Assembly: GCA_012518215.1 (NCBI GenBank)
Contig: JAAYSV010000041.1
Span: 30,931-94,930, forward strand
Length of the DNA: 64,000 nt
Origin: Bacillota bacterium
GTDB taxonomy: Bacteria > Bacillota > Dethiobacteria > DTU022 > PWGO01
Direction: 5' to 3'
The first letter of the stretch is position 1; each line of letters starts with the position of its first letter. Positions 41,279 through 53,585 of the stretch are shown here, one piece after another. Position numbers and translations under genes: made by a program. Under the pieces are notes generated by a model, which had not been told where the DNA came from, did not search any database, and worked only from the letters and a program-made list of their open reading frames with translations.

Positions 41279-41594
41279 GCTTCTACCCCCTTTCCTTGCA
41301 ATTACCGCAGATATCATAGCATACTGGTGATGATAAAGCAACGTTAAAAACGGCAGTTCGAGTCGCATTGCAGGATGCAGAAGGCGAGCTGGAAGAGCGG
41401 GGCTTGCAATCGATCCGATTTCCACCGGGAATGGGTTTATGGGGAAACAGCTGCCCGGGGCAGCAGAACGTCGGTGCCATCAGGAAGGGACCGTATCTTC
41501 TGGCATTCATTTTATACGGGATTGCCTTTCACTTTCGTGTCGCACGGAAAGAGCGGCTTTTTCTCTTTTCTGCCGTTGCAGAGGGGTAAACCGG

Positions 41595-42500
41595 TCAGGG
41601 AAGATATTTTATGGGATCCAGGCGTTGATCCTGGTAAATTACTTCGAAATGGAGATGAGGTCCGGTCGAATTGCCTGTTGACCCCACGCGAGAAATCTCT
41701 TCTCCACGGTACACTTTCTGACCCGGCTCGACCAGCACTTTGGAATTGTGAGCATAGCGGGTCATCCATTCCCCATGTTCGATTTCCACCAGCAAACCGT
41801 AACGACCCCGGTATTGATTGTAGAGGACAGTGCCATCGGCAGCTGCAACGATGGGAGTACCCGAAGGAGCTGCAATATCAAGGCCGTGATGGAATCCATC
41901 TTCCCGCCATCCGTAAGGTGAGCTGATTGTTCCTTCCAGGGGCCATATGAAAGCAGGTACCCGCGTTGATGCCCCCGAGGCGCTACGCGAACTCACATCA
42001 CTGCGGTCAGCTGGAATGAACAATCGTTCCCCCTCCCGCAATGCTTTTTGCGTGCCCCGAGCCAGCCTGATTATTTCGTCTTTGGCCGTGTCATAAGTGG
42101 TAGCTATCTCATCGAGGGTCTCACCGGCCTGCACGGTGTGCACCAGACCGGTAGCACTCAACACTTCAAGCTCCTCGCCCGGGTAAATAAGGTCGGGATT
42201 GTCAAGCCCATTGAGGGAAATAATGGTGCGGATATCGGTACCGTATTTCCGCGCTATGTGGAATAACGTATCGCCACACTCCACGCGATGGGTGACGATT
42301 TCCAGCTTGTTTTCAGGCGCAGGGTTTGCTCTTGCCTCAATATAATTTTTCAGCTGGCCATAGTAGCGGGGTACAAAATTTTCAGAATGGTCGGAGCCGA
42401 CCGCAAGAACAGTGCCCCCGTACAACAGCGTGCCTGCCACCAGCACCCAGGACAGGATTTTCGATATTTTGGCTTTACAGGATGCGTCACCAGAAAACAT
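41595..42500 (-). CDS. LysM x2 + M23 peptidase
   Basis: Two LysM repeats, HHGLD, YAH, GPHLHFE. Confidence 0.92.
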   Translation of the reverse strand: MFSGDASCKAKISKILSWVLVAGTLLYGGTVLAVGSDHSENFVPRYYGQLKNYIEARANPAPENKLEIVTHRVECGDTLFHIARKYGTDIRTIISLNGLDNPDLIYPGEELEVLSATGLVHTVQAGETLDEIATTYDTAKDEIIRLARGTQKALREGERLFIPADRSDVSSRSASGASTRVPAFIWPLEGTISSPYGWREDGFHHGLDIAAPSGTPIVAAADGTVLYNQYRGRYGLLVEIEHGEWMTRYAHNSKVLVEPGQKVYRGEEISRVGSTGNSTGPHLHFEVIYQDQRLDPIKYLP

Positions 42501-42647
42501 TCTATTGAACCTCCCGTCTGCCGTCTCCCGCCTCAAATATGGCACAGATACGACATAACATAGGATTTTCCGATAGTTTGCACCCATGTTTCCCAAAATA
42601 TACCTTGATGTGGAAGATGCGTCCGGGATAAATATGCGGAAAAACGT

Positions 42648-43961
42648 TTACAGGCTGTGCATATTGCTCAGGAAATCCTGGTTGTGATTGGTCTGCTTCA
42701 ATTTGTTCAGGAGCAATTCAAGAAACTCGGCGTTCGAGGAACCGCCCATCGCCCTTCTCAAAGCCCACATGAGTTCGATCTTGTCCTCATCAAGCAGAAG
42801 TTCCTCGCGTCGCGTTCCGGAGCGGGAGATGTCAATTGCGGGGAAGATTCTTCTGTCGGCCAGTCGGCGGTCAAGATGAAGTTCCATGTTGCCGGTTCCT
42901 TTAAATTCCTCGTAGATGACATCATCCATACGGCTGCCGGTATCTACCAGGGCAGTGGCAATGATGGTCAGACTGCCACCTTCCTCTATCTTCCGGGCAG
43001 CCCCAAAAAAACGCTTCGGTTTATAAAAAGCACTCGGATCGATACCCCCGGACAGTGTCCGCCCGCTGGGGGGGATAACGAGGTTATATCCGCGCGCCAA
43101 TCTGGTGATGCTGTCCAGGAGAATAGCCACATCCCGTCCGTGTTCAACCAGCCGCTGTGCCCGTTCCCACACCAGTTCGGCGATACGGATATGGTTCTCC
43201 GGCCTCTCATCAAAGGTTGAGCTGGCCACATCTGCATTTACACTTCGTTTCATATCGGTAACTTCCTCGGGACGTTCGTCGATGAGCAGTATGATCAACT
43301 CCACCTCGGGGTAGTTTGTCGATATGCTGTTGGCAATCTCCTTCAACAACATGGTTTTTCCCGCTTTGGGAGGAGATACGATCAGTCCTCTCTGGCCCTT
43401 GCCGATCGGGATCAGCAAGTCCATGATCCGTGTGGAATATCTGGTCGGAGAGGTTTCCAGTATCAATTGATTCTCGGGGTGAATGGGAGTTAACGTCCCG
43501 AACAGGGGCCTTTTTGCCGCGGACTCGGGGTCTCCCCCGTTGATAGCCTCCACGAAAAGCAAGGCATGATATCTTTCGCTGTCCTTGGGCGGCCGTATCT
43601 GGCCGGATACGATGTCCCCCGTCCTCAGGTTGAAGCGACGGATCTGCGAAGCGGAAATGTAAATGTCGTCATCGGAGATGGAGTATTTCTGGCGTCTCAG
43701 AAAACCGAACCCGTCGTTCATGATCTCCAGCATGCCTTCAGCCAGCTCCTGATCCTTTGCCGCCTGTGTTCTGAAAGAAGCATCACGGCGAGACGGTTTG
43801 TAGGTTCGTGCTTCTTCCCGGGAATCCCGTTCCGCAACATGAGCCTTGATTACTTCCATAAGCTCTTTTTTCCTCAATAGAGAAATCCCCTTCAATCCCT
43901 CCTGCTTGGCGTATTCTTTCATTTCCGCCAGGGTCATACGTTCTATCTTTTCCAATTCCAA
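42648..43961 (-). CDS. rho: Transcription termination factor Rho
   Basis: [33 protein letters not shown]. Confidence 0.97.
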   Translation of the reverse strand: MELEKIERMTLAEMKEYAKQEGLKGISLLRKKELMEVIKAHVAERDSREEARTYKPSRRDASFRTQAAKDQELAEGMLEIMNDGFGFLRRQKYSISDDDIYISASQIRRFNLRTGDIVSGQIRPPKDSERYHALLFVEAINGGDPESAAKRPLFGTLTPIHPENQLILETSPTRYSTRIMDLLIPIGKGQRGLIVSPPKAGKTMLLKEIANSISTNYPEVELIILLIDERPEEVTDMKRSVNADVASSTFDERPENHIRIAELVWERAQRLVEHGRDVAILLDSITRLARGYNLVIPPSGRTLSGGIDPSAFYKPKRFFGAARKIEEGGSLTIIATALVDTGSRMDDVIYEEFKGTGNMELHLDRRLADRRIFPAIDISRSGTRREELLLDEDKIELMWALRRAMGGSSNAEFLELLLNKLKQTNHNQDFLSNMHSL

Positions 43962-44017
43962 ACCTGTTACCTCCTGTTACTATTTTTTATTGTTGAACTG
44001 CTAACGCCAACCTCCTC

Positions 44018-45022
44018 TCAAGGGGATGAGTTGGTAAAATACAGGAACAACAAAGAAACCAGGTAACCGATCACTATCGCTATCGAATCGTACCCCAATC
44101 CTGCAATCCGCCTGGAAGTACGGAAAACCAGGCCGAAGACAGCCATGGAAGTTATCATCACCACGAAGAAAATGGTTACAAGATGGCTTTTTGACACAGC
44201 CGAGAGCAACGGGCCTCCCGCATAGGCAATGTCGGCAAAGAACAGGATCACAAGATTGAAATAATTGGCTCCGAAAACGTTGGCAATAGCCATGTTGAAC
44301 AGTCCCCGGCGTACCGCCGTAACCGCCGTAACCACCTCGGGGAGGGAAGTGCTCACCGCCAAAAAAAGAGTTCCTACAAATGTCTGCCCCAGCCCCGTTT
44401 CCCGCGCTATCATTTCAGCCGTGTCCGCCAGATTGACGCCGGCAAAAACGATCAGAATCCCTGCCAGGATGAAACCGACAACCGCAATGACAGTCCGTTC
44501 CCCTGAAATCGCTTTTGCTTTTTGATGATTGTTGATCAGATTTTGCTGGTCTTTCCTTTCATAAGAACTTATTAAGAAACTTCCGATAATATACAGAAAC
44601 AACAGGATGAATGTATCAAACCCCACGCCAGATACCTGGAGTTCGAAGGGGAAAATGATGGCAAGGCCTGTAAAGCCGATCATCAACAACCCGCATGATG
44701 CCGTCATGACATGGTTTTTTTTGGCCTTTCCCAGAATCGTCCCCCGCCGTTGAAACAGATCGATGATCGCGATAATCGAAAGGTTAAAAAGATTGCTTCC
44801 CAGAAGGTTGCCGACTGCAAGGTCAGGTGTGTCTATGACGGCCGCCCTCAGGCTGGTTACCAGTTCGGGAAGAGATGTAACCAGCGGTAACAGAAAAAAT
44901 CCTCCCCAGATGACCCCCAGTCCCAGACGCCTGGAAATCAATTCTGTACTGTTCGTCAGCCGAGCCCCAGCAACAACAATTATCAGTGCATTTATTATAA
45001 ATTTGATCCATACTAGAAACAT
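44018..45022 (-). CDS. Sodium:calcium antiporter (CaCA family)
   Basis: Two alpha repeats: TSLPE...GNLLGSNLFN and TSLPE...ANVFGANYFN. Confidence 0.9.
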   Translation of the reverse strand: MFLVWIKFIINALIIVVAGARLTNSTELISRRLGLGVIWGGFFLLPLVTSLPELVTSLRAAVIDTPDLAVGNLLGSNLFNLSIIAIIDLFQRRGTILGKAKKNHVMTASCGLLMIGFTGLAIIFPFELQVSGVGFDTFILLFLYIIGSFLISSYERKDQQNLINNHQKAKAISGERTVIAVVGFILAGILIVFAGVNLADTAEMIARETGLGQTFVGTLFLAVSTSLPEVVTAVTAVRRGLFNMAIANVFGANYFNLVILFFADIAYAGGPLLSAVSKSHLVTIFFVVMITSMAVFGLVFRTSRRIAGLGYDSIAIVIGYLVSLLFLYFTNSSP

Positions 45023-45413
45023 TTTTTTTCTCCGTTGTATACTAAGGGATCAGGCATACCATACGGGTAATTATTTGGATTGAGGAGTTAGGGCGAAGAG
45101 CCCCGAATTGTTTATTTTACCTGCTGATCGGGCTGTCCTCCCAGAAGAAATTATGAACCAATCCTTCCGCTTTTATGCTTTTACAAGGAATGAACGGGTA
45201 TTCTTGTATCCCGATTGTGCGTAATGATGATTGTTAAATTAAATTTTTTTCTCCACGGCGATGGTCTGCTTTCTATATTCTATATTATTGATTGATACAA
45301 TCATTCGGGAAATTTTGTTTACATGGAAGGCCATCAAGACAAAGTATGCTCACAAAGGTGCATTTCAACACAAAAAACATTTTTCCTTCTTTTGTGCAAA
45401 TATTATTTTTTCT

Positions 45414-47054
<1,641 letters not shown>

Positions 47055-47960
47055 TCATTGCATTCGCCCATCGGCATGATTCCTCCCCCCCTCCAAGATC
47101 AAGATCGCTTCTCTTATTATCTTGGCTCCCAGAATGGTCGTAATCTGTCCATGGTCATATGCAGGATTCACTTCTACAAGGTCGAATCCGACCAGATTCA
47201 AATCCCGGATCAACGTCAAGGCCCGCAACAGGCACGTAGATGTAATTCCCCCCGGCTCGGGTGTTCCCGTTCCGGGCGCATAGGCAGGATCGACAACATC
47301 AATATCGACGGTAACATAAACGGGGCGATCTTCCAGCTCCTCGATGGTTCTTTTCAAAGCCGCAAGTATCCCCCGTGAAAAATATTTCGTGTTCCGGTCC
47401 GCCACGTCTACCTCGGCAGCATCTGCGGAACGGATGCCAAACTGGTAAATATGCTTGATTCCGCGTTTTACAATTCGGTAAATAACCGAAGCATGGGAAA
47501 TTTCCTCCCCCAGGTACCGGGGGCGCAGATCAAAATGAGCGTCAAAATGCAAAACGGCAAGATCTGGATACCCATTGGAAAACAGCGCACAAACCGGAGC
47601 ATAGGTTATGGAGTGATCCCCACCGATGAGCAAGGGTTTCTTCCCCTGCTTCACTATCTCTGTCACAACCTTCTCAACACGGAACAATGATTCTTGCGGA
47701 TCGGCCGTGGGCAGAATCAGGTCTCCGAGATCATGGACCCGGGCAGACGAGAAGTCTGCATCCAGTTCCAGGCTGTAATTTTCCAGACAATCAAAAACCT
47801 TGCGTATCTCCTCCGGAGCAAACCGCGCCCCGGGGCGGTAGCTCGAAGTAGAATCCATGGGAACCCCAAGAATGACCGTCCCGGCATCTGCCCAGCTGAA
47901 GTTTTTCTCCAGGAAAGATGTTTTTCGTCGAAACCATCGGTTGCATATCATACGCTCCAT
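47055..47960 (-). CDS. speB: Agmatinase / aminopropylagmatine ureohydrolase
   Basis: GGDHS, DAHFD, DIDVVDP, GTPEPGG. Confidence 0.92.
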   Translation of the reverse strand: MERMICNRWFRRKTSFLEKNFSWADAGTVILGVPMDSTSSYRPGARFAPEEIRKVFDCLENYSLELDADFSSARVHDLGDLILPTADPQESLFRVEKVVTEIVKQGKKPLLIGGDHSITYAPVCALFSNGYPDLAVLHFDAHFDLRPRYLGEEISHASVIYRIVKRGIKHIYQFGIRSADAAEVDVADRNTKYFSRGILAALKRTIEELEDRPVYVTVDIDVVDPAYAPGTGTPEPGGITSTCLLRALTLIRDLNLVGFDLVEVNPAYDHGQITTILGAKIIREAILILEGGRNHADGRMQ

Positions 47961-47996
47961 GCTCTGCTCCTAAAGTAACAGCCGCTGTCATCTATA

Positions 47997-48842
47997 TTAT
48001 TTCTGCAAACGTGGCAATAAACCTTTAACAAATGGCGGCAAAACAAATGCACTTTCATGAATTTCCGGTGAGTAGTACCGGCATCCGGCAATCTTTCCCG
48101 CCCGTTTCATGGCCCGGGAATCGCCGGGATGATGTTTCCTGGATCCAAGCATGAAACTCCACAGGCCACTTGGATATGAAGGGATCGAGGCCAGATACAA
48201 TTCTGCAATCGGAAACAACTCCTGGAAATAAGTAAAGGAGCGCGTGATCAGTTCTCCGTTGCAAAAAGGTGACTCTGTCTGGGCCACAAGGATGCCTTCC
48301 TCCGACAATGCACCGTACGCCCGGCGGTAAAATTCCTGGCTGAAAAGATCCGCTGATGGTCCCGTCGGTTCGCTGGAATCGATGATGATGATATCATACC
48401 TGTCTTCCGGTTGATACAGGAATTTGACACCGTCCTCGTAACAGATCTTCACCCGACTGTCGCCCAATGCACCGCTCGTTTTCGGCAGGTACCTTCTGCA
48501 TGCTTCCACGACCTCGTGATCTATTTCCACGAGGGTAACCTGTTCGACATGCGGGTGCTTGAGCGCTTCCTGGACGGCACCCCCATCCCCGCCACCGATG
48601 ACCAGTACTTTCCGCGGTGATGGATGGGTAGCCATGGGAACGTGGATAATCATCTCGTGATAAATGAACCCGTCTCCTTCACTGGTTTGGATATATCCAT
48701 CAAGGACAAGCATGCGGCCAAAGGAAACGGTGTTGATTACCGCGATCTTCTGGTACGCCGACTGTTTATCCAGCAGGACGTCCACGACCCGGCAGCTCAG
48801 ATTTATATCGGAGGTCTGCTCCTCTGTAAACCACAAGTTCAT
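47997..48842 (-). CDS. speE: Polyamine aminopropyltransferase
   Basis: LDG...YHEM, IGGGDGG, VEID, IIDSSEP, YPSGLW. Confidence 0.94.
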   Translation of the reverse strand: MNLWFTEEQTSDINLSCRVVDVLLDKQSAYQKIAVINTVSFGRMLVLDGYIQTSEGDGFIYHEMIIHVPMATHPSPRKVLVIGGGDGGAVQEALKHPHVEQVTLVEIDHEVVEACRRYLPKTSGALGDSRVKICYEDGVKFLYQPEDRYDIIIIDSSEPTGPSADLFSQEFYRRAYGALSEEGILVAQTESPFCNGELITRSFTYFQELFPIAELYLASIPSYPSGLWSFMLGSRKHHPGDSRAMKRAGKIAGCRYYSPEIHESAFVLPPFVKGLLPRLQK

Positions 48843-48898
48843 TCTCGGTGCGCCTTCCCGGCCTTGAAGCCGGTAGGGTTTCCTTTCCATGAATATTA

Positions 48899-49357
48899 TC
48901 AGTACCACATCACCACGGCGGCGACCACTGCACCCACGTGTCTGACCCGATGTTCAATTCCCTTGACAACCATGTTTTCAAGATGAATAGCGCGGTTTTT
49001 GAACGCATCCTCTAGCATGGTTTTCACCACCGCTTCCGCTTCTTCCCGGCCCTCCTTCCCGGAATATTCCATGATCACTCCGAATGAATCATGCGTGAAG
49101 CCGATGCCGACAGCAGCGGAAATGATCTGATCGGGCATATCCGAGCAAGTGGTGCCGTAAGCGGCAGGAACCAGCGAACCTTCCGGAACAATCAATCCGG
49201 GTGCTTCCGCGGCAAAAGGCGGTAGTATGCTGGTCACCCTGACCAGGTTGATATTCCCGATTCCGGCTTCCAGAAGGGCACCATCAAAAGCAGACAGCAT
49301 TGTTTTCCCTTCGCTGGAACCCAGGGCAATCTTGTATTTACGGGGTGTGGGCAGCAT
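48899..49357 (-). CDS. pdaD: Pyruvoyl-dependent arginine decarboxylase
   Basis: AFDGALLEAGIGNINLVRVTSILPP (T/S cleavage site), GVIME. Confidence 0.9.
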   Translation of the reverse strand: MLPTPRKYKIALGSSEGKTMLSAFDGALLEAGIGNINLVRVTSILPPFAAEAPGLIVPEGSLVPAAYGTTCSDMPDQIISAAVGIGFTHDSFGVIMEYSGKEGREEAEAVVKTMLEDAFKNRAIHLENMVVKGIEHRVRHVGAVVAAVVMWY

Positions 49358-49617
49358 CCGGTTCACCTTCTTTGATGTATTGCCAGGAATTTTCACTTCC
49401 ACAGATTATATCAGAATGCCCTTCAAAAATAAACCAGAAAACACCTTTGAATATTTTTTTTATTGGGCTTATTATATCCACCAGGAGGGACATACTATTG
49501 GGTTACACAGATTGATAGCCAGACGTATATACCGCCGCGCATTTGTTTTGGTTTTGCATGCCCGGGCGATCTTTCCCTGGCCAGGATTTTCTATGGCCGA
49601 CATGGAAGGTGGAGAAT

Positions 49618-51612
49618 GTGAACAGGAAAAGAGTCTTTGACTTCATTTTTTGTGCCTTTATCATCCTGCTATTGAGTTTCAACGGCGGCTGCGGCAAGTT
49701 GCTTCCCGAAAGCTACATGGGCCTGCCTGCCATAAAACAACCGCTAACGACCCGTATTTATTACAATGATGGGGAACTGATGGCCCAGCATTATGTCGAA
49801 AACCGTATCGAGGTGTCGCTCGAGGATATCCCCGAGGAAGTTGTGCAGGCTACCATTGCCACGGAAGATAAAAATTTCTTTCGTCATTTCGGCCTTGATT
49901 TTGCCGGTATAATCAGGGCTGCCTATTATGATTTCAAGAACAAGAAAATCAGCCAGGGCGGCAGTACCATCAGCCAGCAGCTGGCCAAGAACCTTTTCCT
50001 TTCCCATGAACGAACCTGGGAAAGGAAGATCAAGGAGCTTTTCCTCACCCTGAGGTTGGAACAGGTTTATTCCAAGGGAGACATCCTGGAAAAATATCTG
50101 AATACGATCTACTACGGCCATGCAGCTTATGGCATCGAGGCTGCTGCAGAAACCTATTTTGGCAAAAAAGCCTCGGAACTCAACCTGTCGGAATCAGCCA
50201 TGCTGGCCGGCCTGCCGCGGGGCCCGCTCTACTATTCTCCTTTTCTGGATATGGACGCGGCACGCAAGAGGCAGGCTCACGTTCTGGGCTTGATGGAGGC
50301 CGAGGGTTATATCTCGGCAGCGGAAAAAAAGAAGGCCCTGGCGCAACCCATCCTTCTGAAACCACCGGACAGTACCGTTGAAGCCGGGTACCTGGTCGAT
50401 TATATCATCAATACGGAACTGGTTGATCTCTGGGAACAGGATTCTTCCCTGCTGTCCACGGGGGGGCTTGAAATCCATACTTCCCTTGATCCGCGGATGC
50501 AATCTATAGCCGAAAAAATCATGAAGGAAAAAATACCTGTGAGCGAATCCGACCAGGAAGGTATCAGCCAACCCCAGGGAGCCCTTGTGGCTATCGACCC
50601 GCTGACCGGATACATCCGAGCCATGGTCGGCGGCAAGGACTACACGGAGACGATGTTCAACCGCGTCTTTTCCCTTCGTTCCCCGGGGTCCGCATTCAAA
50701 CCTTTCGTCTATGCCGCCGCTCTGGAAAATGGCTACACTGCCGCTTCCAGGTTCCACTGTGAACCGACCGAGTTCTGGGAAGAAGGGATGGACGCCCCTT
50801 ACCGCCCGGCAGATTTCGGCAACACCTTTCATTACGACACCTTGACCATGAGGGAAGCCATAAGTCAATCGTGCAACGTTATCGCTGTAAAACTCAATGC
50901 CGAGATCGGGAATAAAAAATCGATGGAGATGGCCCACCGCCTGGGGATCAGGAGCCCCATCGGCGATTACCTTTCGCTGCCGCTGGGGACATCCGAGGTT
51001 ACGTTGATGGAGATGGCTTCGGCCTTTGCACCCTTTGCCAACGGGGGCTTCCGCATCGAACCGATGGCGGTAAAAAAAGTGATCGATCGCGAAGGAAAAG
51101 TGGTCTGGGAGACGGAACCGGAAAGGCAGCCGGTTCTCGACGAGGGTATCGCCTACATCATGACCGACATGATGAAAGGCGTGTTCAGGGAAGGAGGCAC
51201 CGGTTTCCGCGCTGCTCATCTTCTTGATCGGCCGGTTGCCGGCAAAACGGGCACCTCCAGCAACACCAAGGATGCCTATACCATCGGTTATACCCCGGAT
51301 CTCGTGGCTGGCGTCTATATCGGGCACGACCAGGGGAAATCCCTGGGAGCCGACGGGGGGCGCCTGGCCGCTCCGCTATGGGCCGAATTCATAACCGGGG
51401 CTCTGAAAGATACCCCGCCCCGCGATTTCAGCCGCCCTCCCGCCATGGTGGAGGTATCCATCTGCCCCCACACGGGCCTGAAGCAAAGCCCCTGGTGCCA
51501 GGCCGAGGGCTACACGGAGCTGTTTGTGGAGGGAACGGAGCCCGAACAATCCTGCTCCTATCCCGAATGTCATTCAACCCCCATCTACCCCTGGTGGCCG
51601 TGGTGGAGATAA
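49618..51612 (+). CDS. Class A penicillin-binding protein
   Basis: EDKNF, GGSTISQQL, RKIKE transglycosylase motifs; SAFK, SCN, KTG transpeptidase motifs. Confidence 0.95.
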   Translation: MNRKRVFDFIFCAFIILLLSFNGGCGKLLPESYMGLPAIKQPLTTRIYYNDGELMAQHYVENRIEVSLEDIPEEVVQATIATEDKNFFRHFGLDFAGIIRAAYYDFKNKKISQGGSTISQQLAKNLFLSHERTWERKIKELFLTLRLEQVYSKGDILEKYLNTIYYGHAAYGIEAAAETYFGKKASELNLSESAMLAGLPRGPLYYSPFLDMDAARKRQAHVLGLMEAEGYISAAEKKKALAQPILLKPPDSTVEAGYLVDYIINTELVDLWEQDSSLLSTGGLEIHTSLDPRMQSIAEKIMKEKIPVSESDQEGISQPQGALVAIDPLTGYIRAMVGGKDYTETMFNRVFSLRSPGSAFKPFVYAAALENGYTAASRFHCEPTEFWEEGMDAPYRPADFGNTFHYDTLTMREAISQSCNVIAVKLNAEIGNKKSMEMAHRLGIRSPIGDYLSLPLGTSEVTLMEMASAFAPFANGGFRIEPMAVKKVIDREGKVVWETEPERQPVLDEGIAYIMTDMMKGVFREGGTGFRAAHLLDRPVAGKTGTSSNTKDAYTIGYTPDLVAGVYIGHDQGKSLGADGGRLAAPLWAEFITGALKDTPPRDFSRPPAMVEVSICPHTGLKQSPWCQAEGYTELFVEGTEPEQSCSYPECHSTPIYPWWPWWR

Positions 51613-51650
51613 ACCGGATGTAACAGTAATGATGTCGCGGTCAGCCCCGC

Positions 51651-52280
51651 TCAAAAGCCCTGTTGCAGAAAAGGGTTATGTTCACGTTCATACCCCACTG
51701 TTGAAGTGGGGCCATGCCCGGGATAAATGACAGTCTCGTCCGGCCATACCAATATTTTTTTTCTGATGCTTTCTATGATCTCTTTCAGGGAACCTCCCTT
51801 GAGATCGGTACGTCCGATGGACAGGTTGAACAGCGTATCCCCGGTAAAAATCGCAGGGGGATCGCTACCCGCCACCAACGATATTCCGCCGGGGGTATGT
51901 CCCGGCGTTTCAAGAACATTCATCTGCAGATCACCGAAGGCGATGACGTCCCCTTCGCGGACAAACCGATCCGGAGGCGGGGGCGCCTTCAAGATCAGGG
52001 AAAGCCCCAATCCCGGTTTGCTATAAATAGCGAGGTCCTTGCGGTGCAGGATGATGGGGGCTCCTGTTGCCTTCTGCACCCGGGCATTGGCCCCCGTATG
52101 ATCATAATGACCGTGCGTGTTGATGATCGCTTTGACTTCCCATCCCCGTTTGTCGATTTCGCCAAGAATTTTCCCCCCGGCAGCACCCGGGTCGATGACG
52201 GCGCATTCCCCCGTTTTTTTACAACCGACGAGATAACAGTTGGAGGCCAGCACCCCCACAACCAGCATCTGGATAATCAT
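51651..52280 (-). CDS. MBL-fold metallohydrolase (glyoxalase II-like)
   Basis: THGHYDH, PGHT, GDTLF, PGHG. Confidence 0.92.
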   Translation of the reverse strand: MIIQMLVVGVLASNCYLVGCKKTGECAVIDPGAAGGKILGEIDKRGWEVKAIINTHGHYDHTGANARVQKATGAPIILHRKDLAIYSKPGLGLSLILKAPPPPDRFVREGDVIAFGDLQMNVLETPGHTPGGISLVAGSDPPAIFTGDTLFNLSIGRTDLKGGSLKEIIESIRKKILVWPDETVIYPGHGPTSTVGYEREHNPFLQQGF

Positions 52281-52294
52281 CGTTCCGTCCCCCT

Positions 52295-52642
52295 CTACCG
52301 GCCATTGATCTCCAGCCGATCCCCCGGCCTGATCCCAAGCCGATATATGGTTCCCGGTGAAAATTCGAGAACATGGCATGCTTTCTTTATTATGGGGGAG
52401 AAACGGTTTGGTTTCAAGGCGGGGCAGACTTCGAGCACTTTGAAATCGTGGTCAAGAAAAAGAATGTCAACAGGATAGCGCATGAAAAAAGTGTGTACAC
52501 CCCGGCAAGGGGTAAGCATCAGGGCTTTCCCCGCAGGCATTTTTTTTGTAAACATCAGTCCCCGCAAGCGTTGCAAAAAGGTTCGCGCCGGGATAATGTT
52601 TGCCAGGCGTCTCCCATCCTTTTCGAGATACAAAAGTGACAT
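52295..52642 (-). CDS. DUF192 protein
   Basis: RLRGLM, VHTFFMRYPVD, VLE. Confidence 0.88.
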   Translation of the reverse strand: MSLLYLEKDGRRLANIIPARTFLQRLRGLMFTKKMPAGKALMLTPCRGVHTFFMRYPVDILFLDHDFKVLEVCPALKPNRFSPIIKKACHVLEFSPGTIYRLGIRPGDRLEINGR

Positions 52643-52656
52643 TTCTTCACCCTTTT

Positions 52657-53580
52657 TTACAATACTTTCAACATCTGAACGACAGCCGGCCCCAGAAGCA
52701 CGATAAAAATAACTGGAAAGATAAAGATAAGCATCGGAACAAGCATCTTGATGGGAGCCTTCATCGCCTCTTCTTCTATCTCTTGCCTGCGCTTGTGACG
52801 GATCAGTTCTGACTGTGTCCGCAGGACATCCCCCAGGCGCAGGCCGAGTTGATCGGCCTGGATGATGGCCGTGGTAAATGTGGTCAAGGAATCAACGTTG
52901 ACGCGCGTGGCCAGGTCACGCAGTGCCTTGCGCCTTGGTTTGCCCATCTTCACTTCCTGCGCCACCTGCCGGAACTCTCTGGCCAGGGCCCCCTTCCTCT
53001 TCTCCGTCACTTTCATGAGAGCCGCATCCCAACCGTAACCGGCTTCGATACTGACCGTCAACAGATCAAGGACATCCGGCATCGACCTTTCGATCTCCAG
53101 GCCGCGGTTTCTGGCCAATCTGATCAGATAATAGTCGGGAAGAATCCATAGTCCCAATACCACCCCGGCAACAACCGCTACCATCTGATAGAAACTTAGT
53201 TTGTTGAACAGGGGGATGCCCAGCAGACTGACCACGATAATGCATAGGACCTTGATGGTAAGGTATTCCCCCGCCACGAGCCCCCCCGGGTTCCCCGCCT
53301 GATTGAGTTTGGGTTGCAGTTCTTCGATAATCGAGGTCGGCAGGAGTTTGTTGAATGTTTTCGTTGCTTTCCCCAGAAGGGGACGGATAACCCGTTCCGT
53401 GAAAGATTTTTGCAGTTCTGCATCGCGTATATCGATCACTATTTCCTCGCCGCGAGAAGAGATTTCATTCAACCTCCTGATAATATCCACCTCTTCCCGT
53501 TCCAAAAAAGCAGACACCGCCAAGACGGCGAAGAAAATGCTCATGGCAGCAAAAATACAGGATGTTTGTATCATGACCAT
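52657..53580 (-). CDS. tadC: Tad pilus platform protein TadC
   Basis: PDVLDLLTVSIEAG...QADQLG...EEAMKAPIKM. Confidence 0.9.
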   Translation of the reverse strand: MVMIQTSCIFAAMSIFFAVLAVSAFLEREEVDIIRRLNEISSRGEEIVIDIRDAELQKSFTERVIRPLLGKATKTFNKLLPTSIIEELQPKLNQAGNPGGLVAGEYLTIKVLCIIVVSLLGIPLFNKLSFYQMVAVVAGVVLGLWILPDYYLIRLARNRGLEIERSMPDVLDLLTVSIEAGYGWDAALMKVTEKRKGALAREFRQVAQEVKMGKPRRKALRDLATRVNVDSLTTFTTAIIQADQLGLRLGDVLRTQSELIRHKRRQEIEEEAMKAPIKMLVPMLIFIFPVIFIVLLGPAVVQMLKVL

Positions 53581-53585
53581 ACCCC

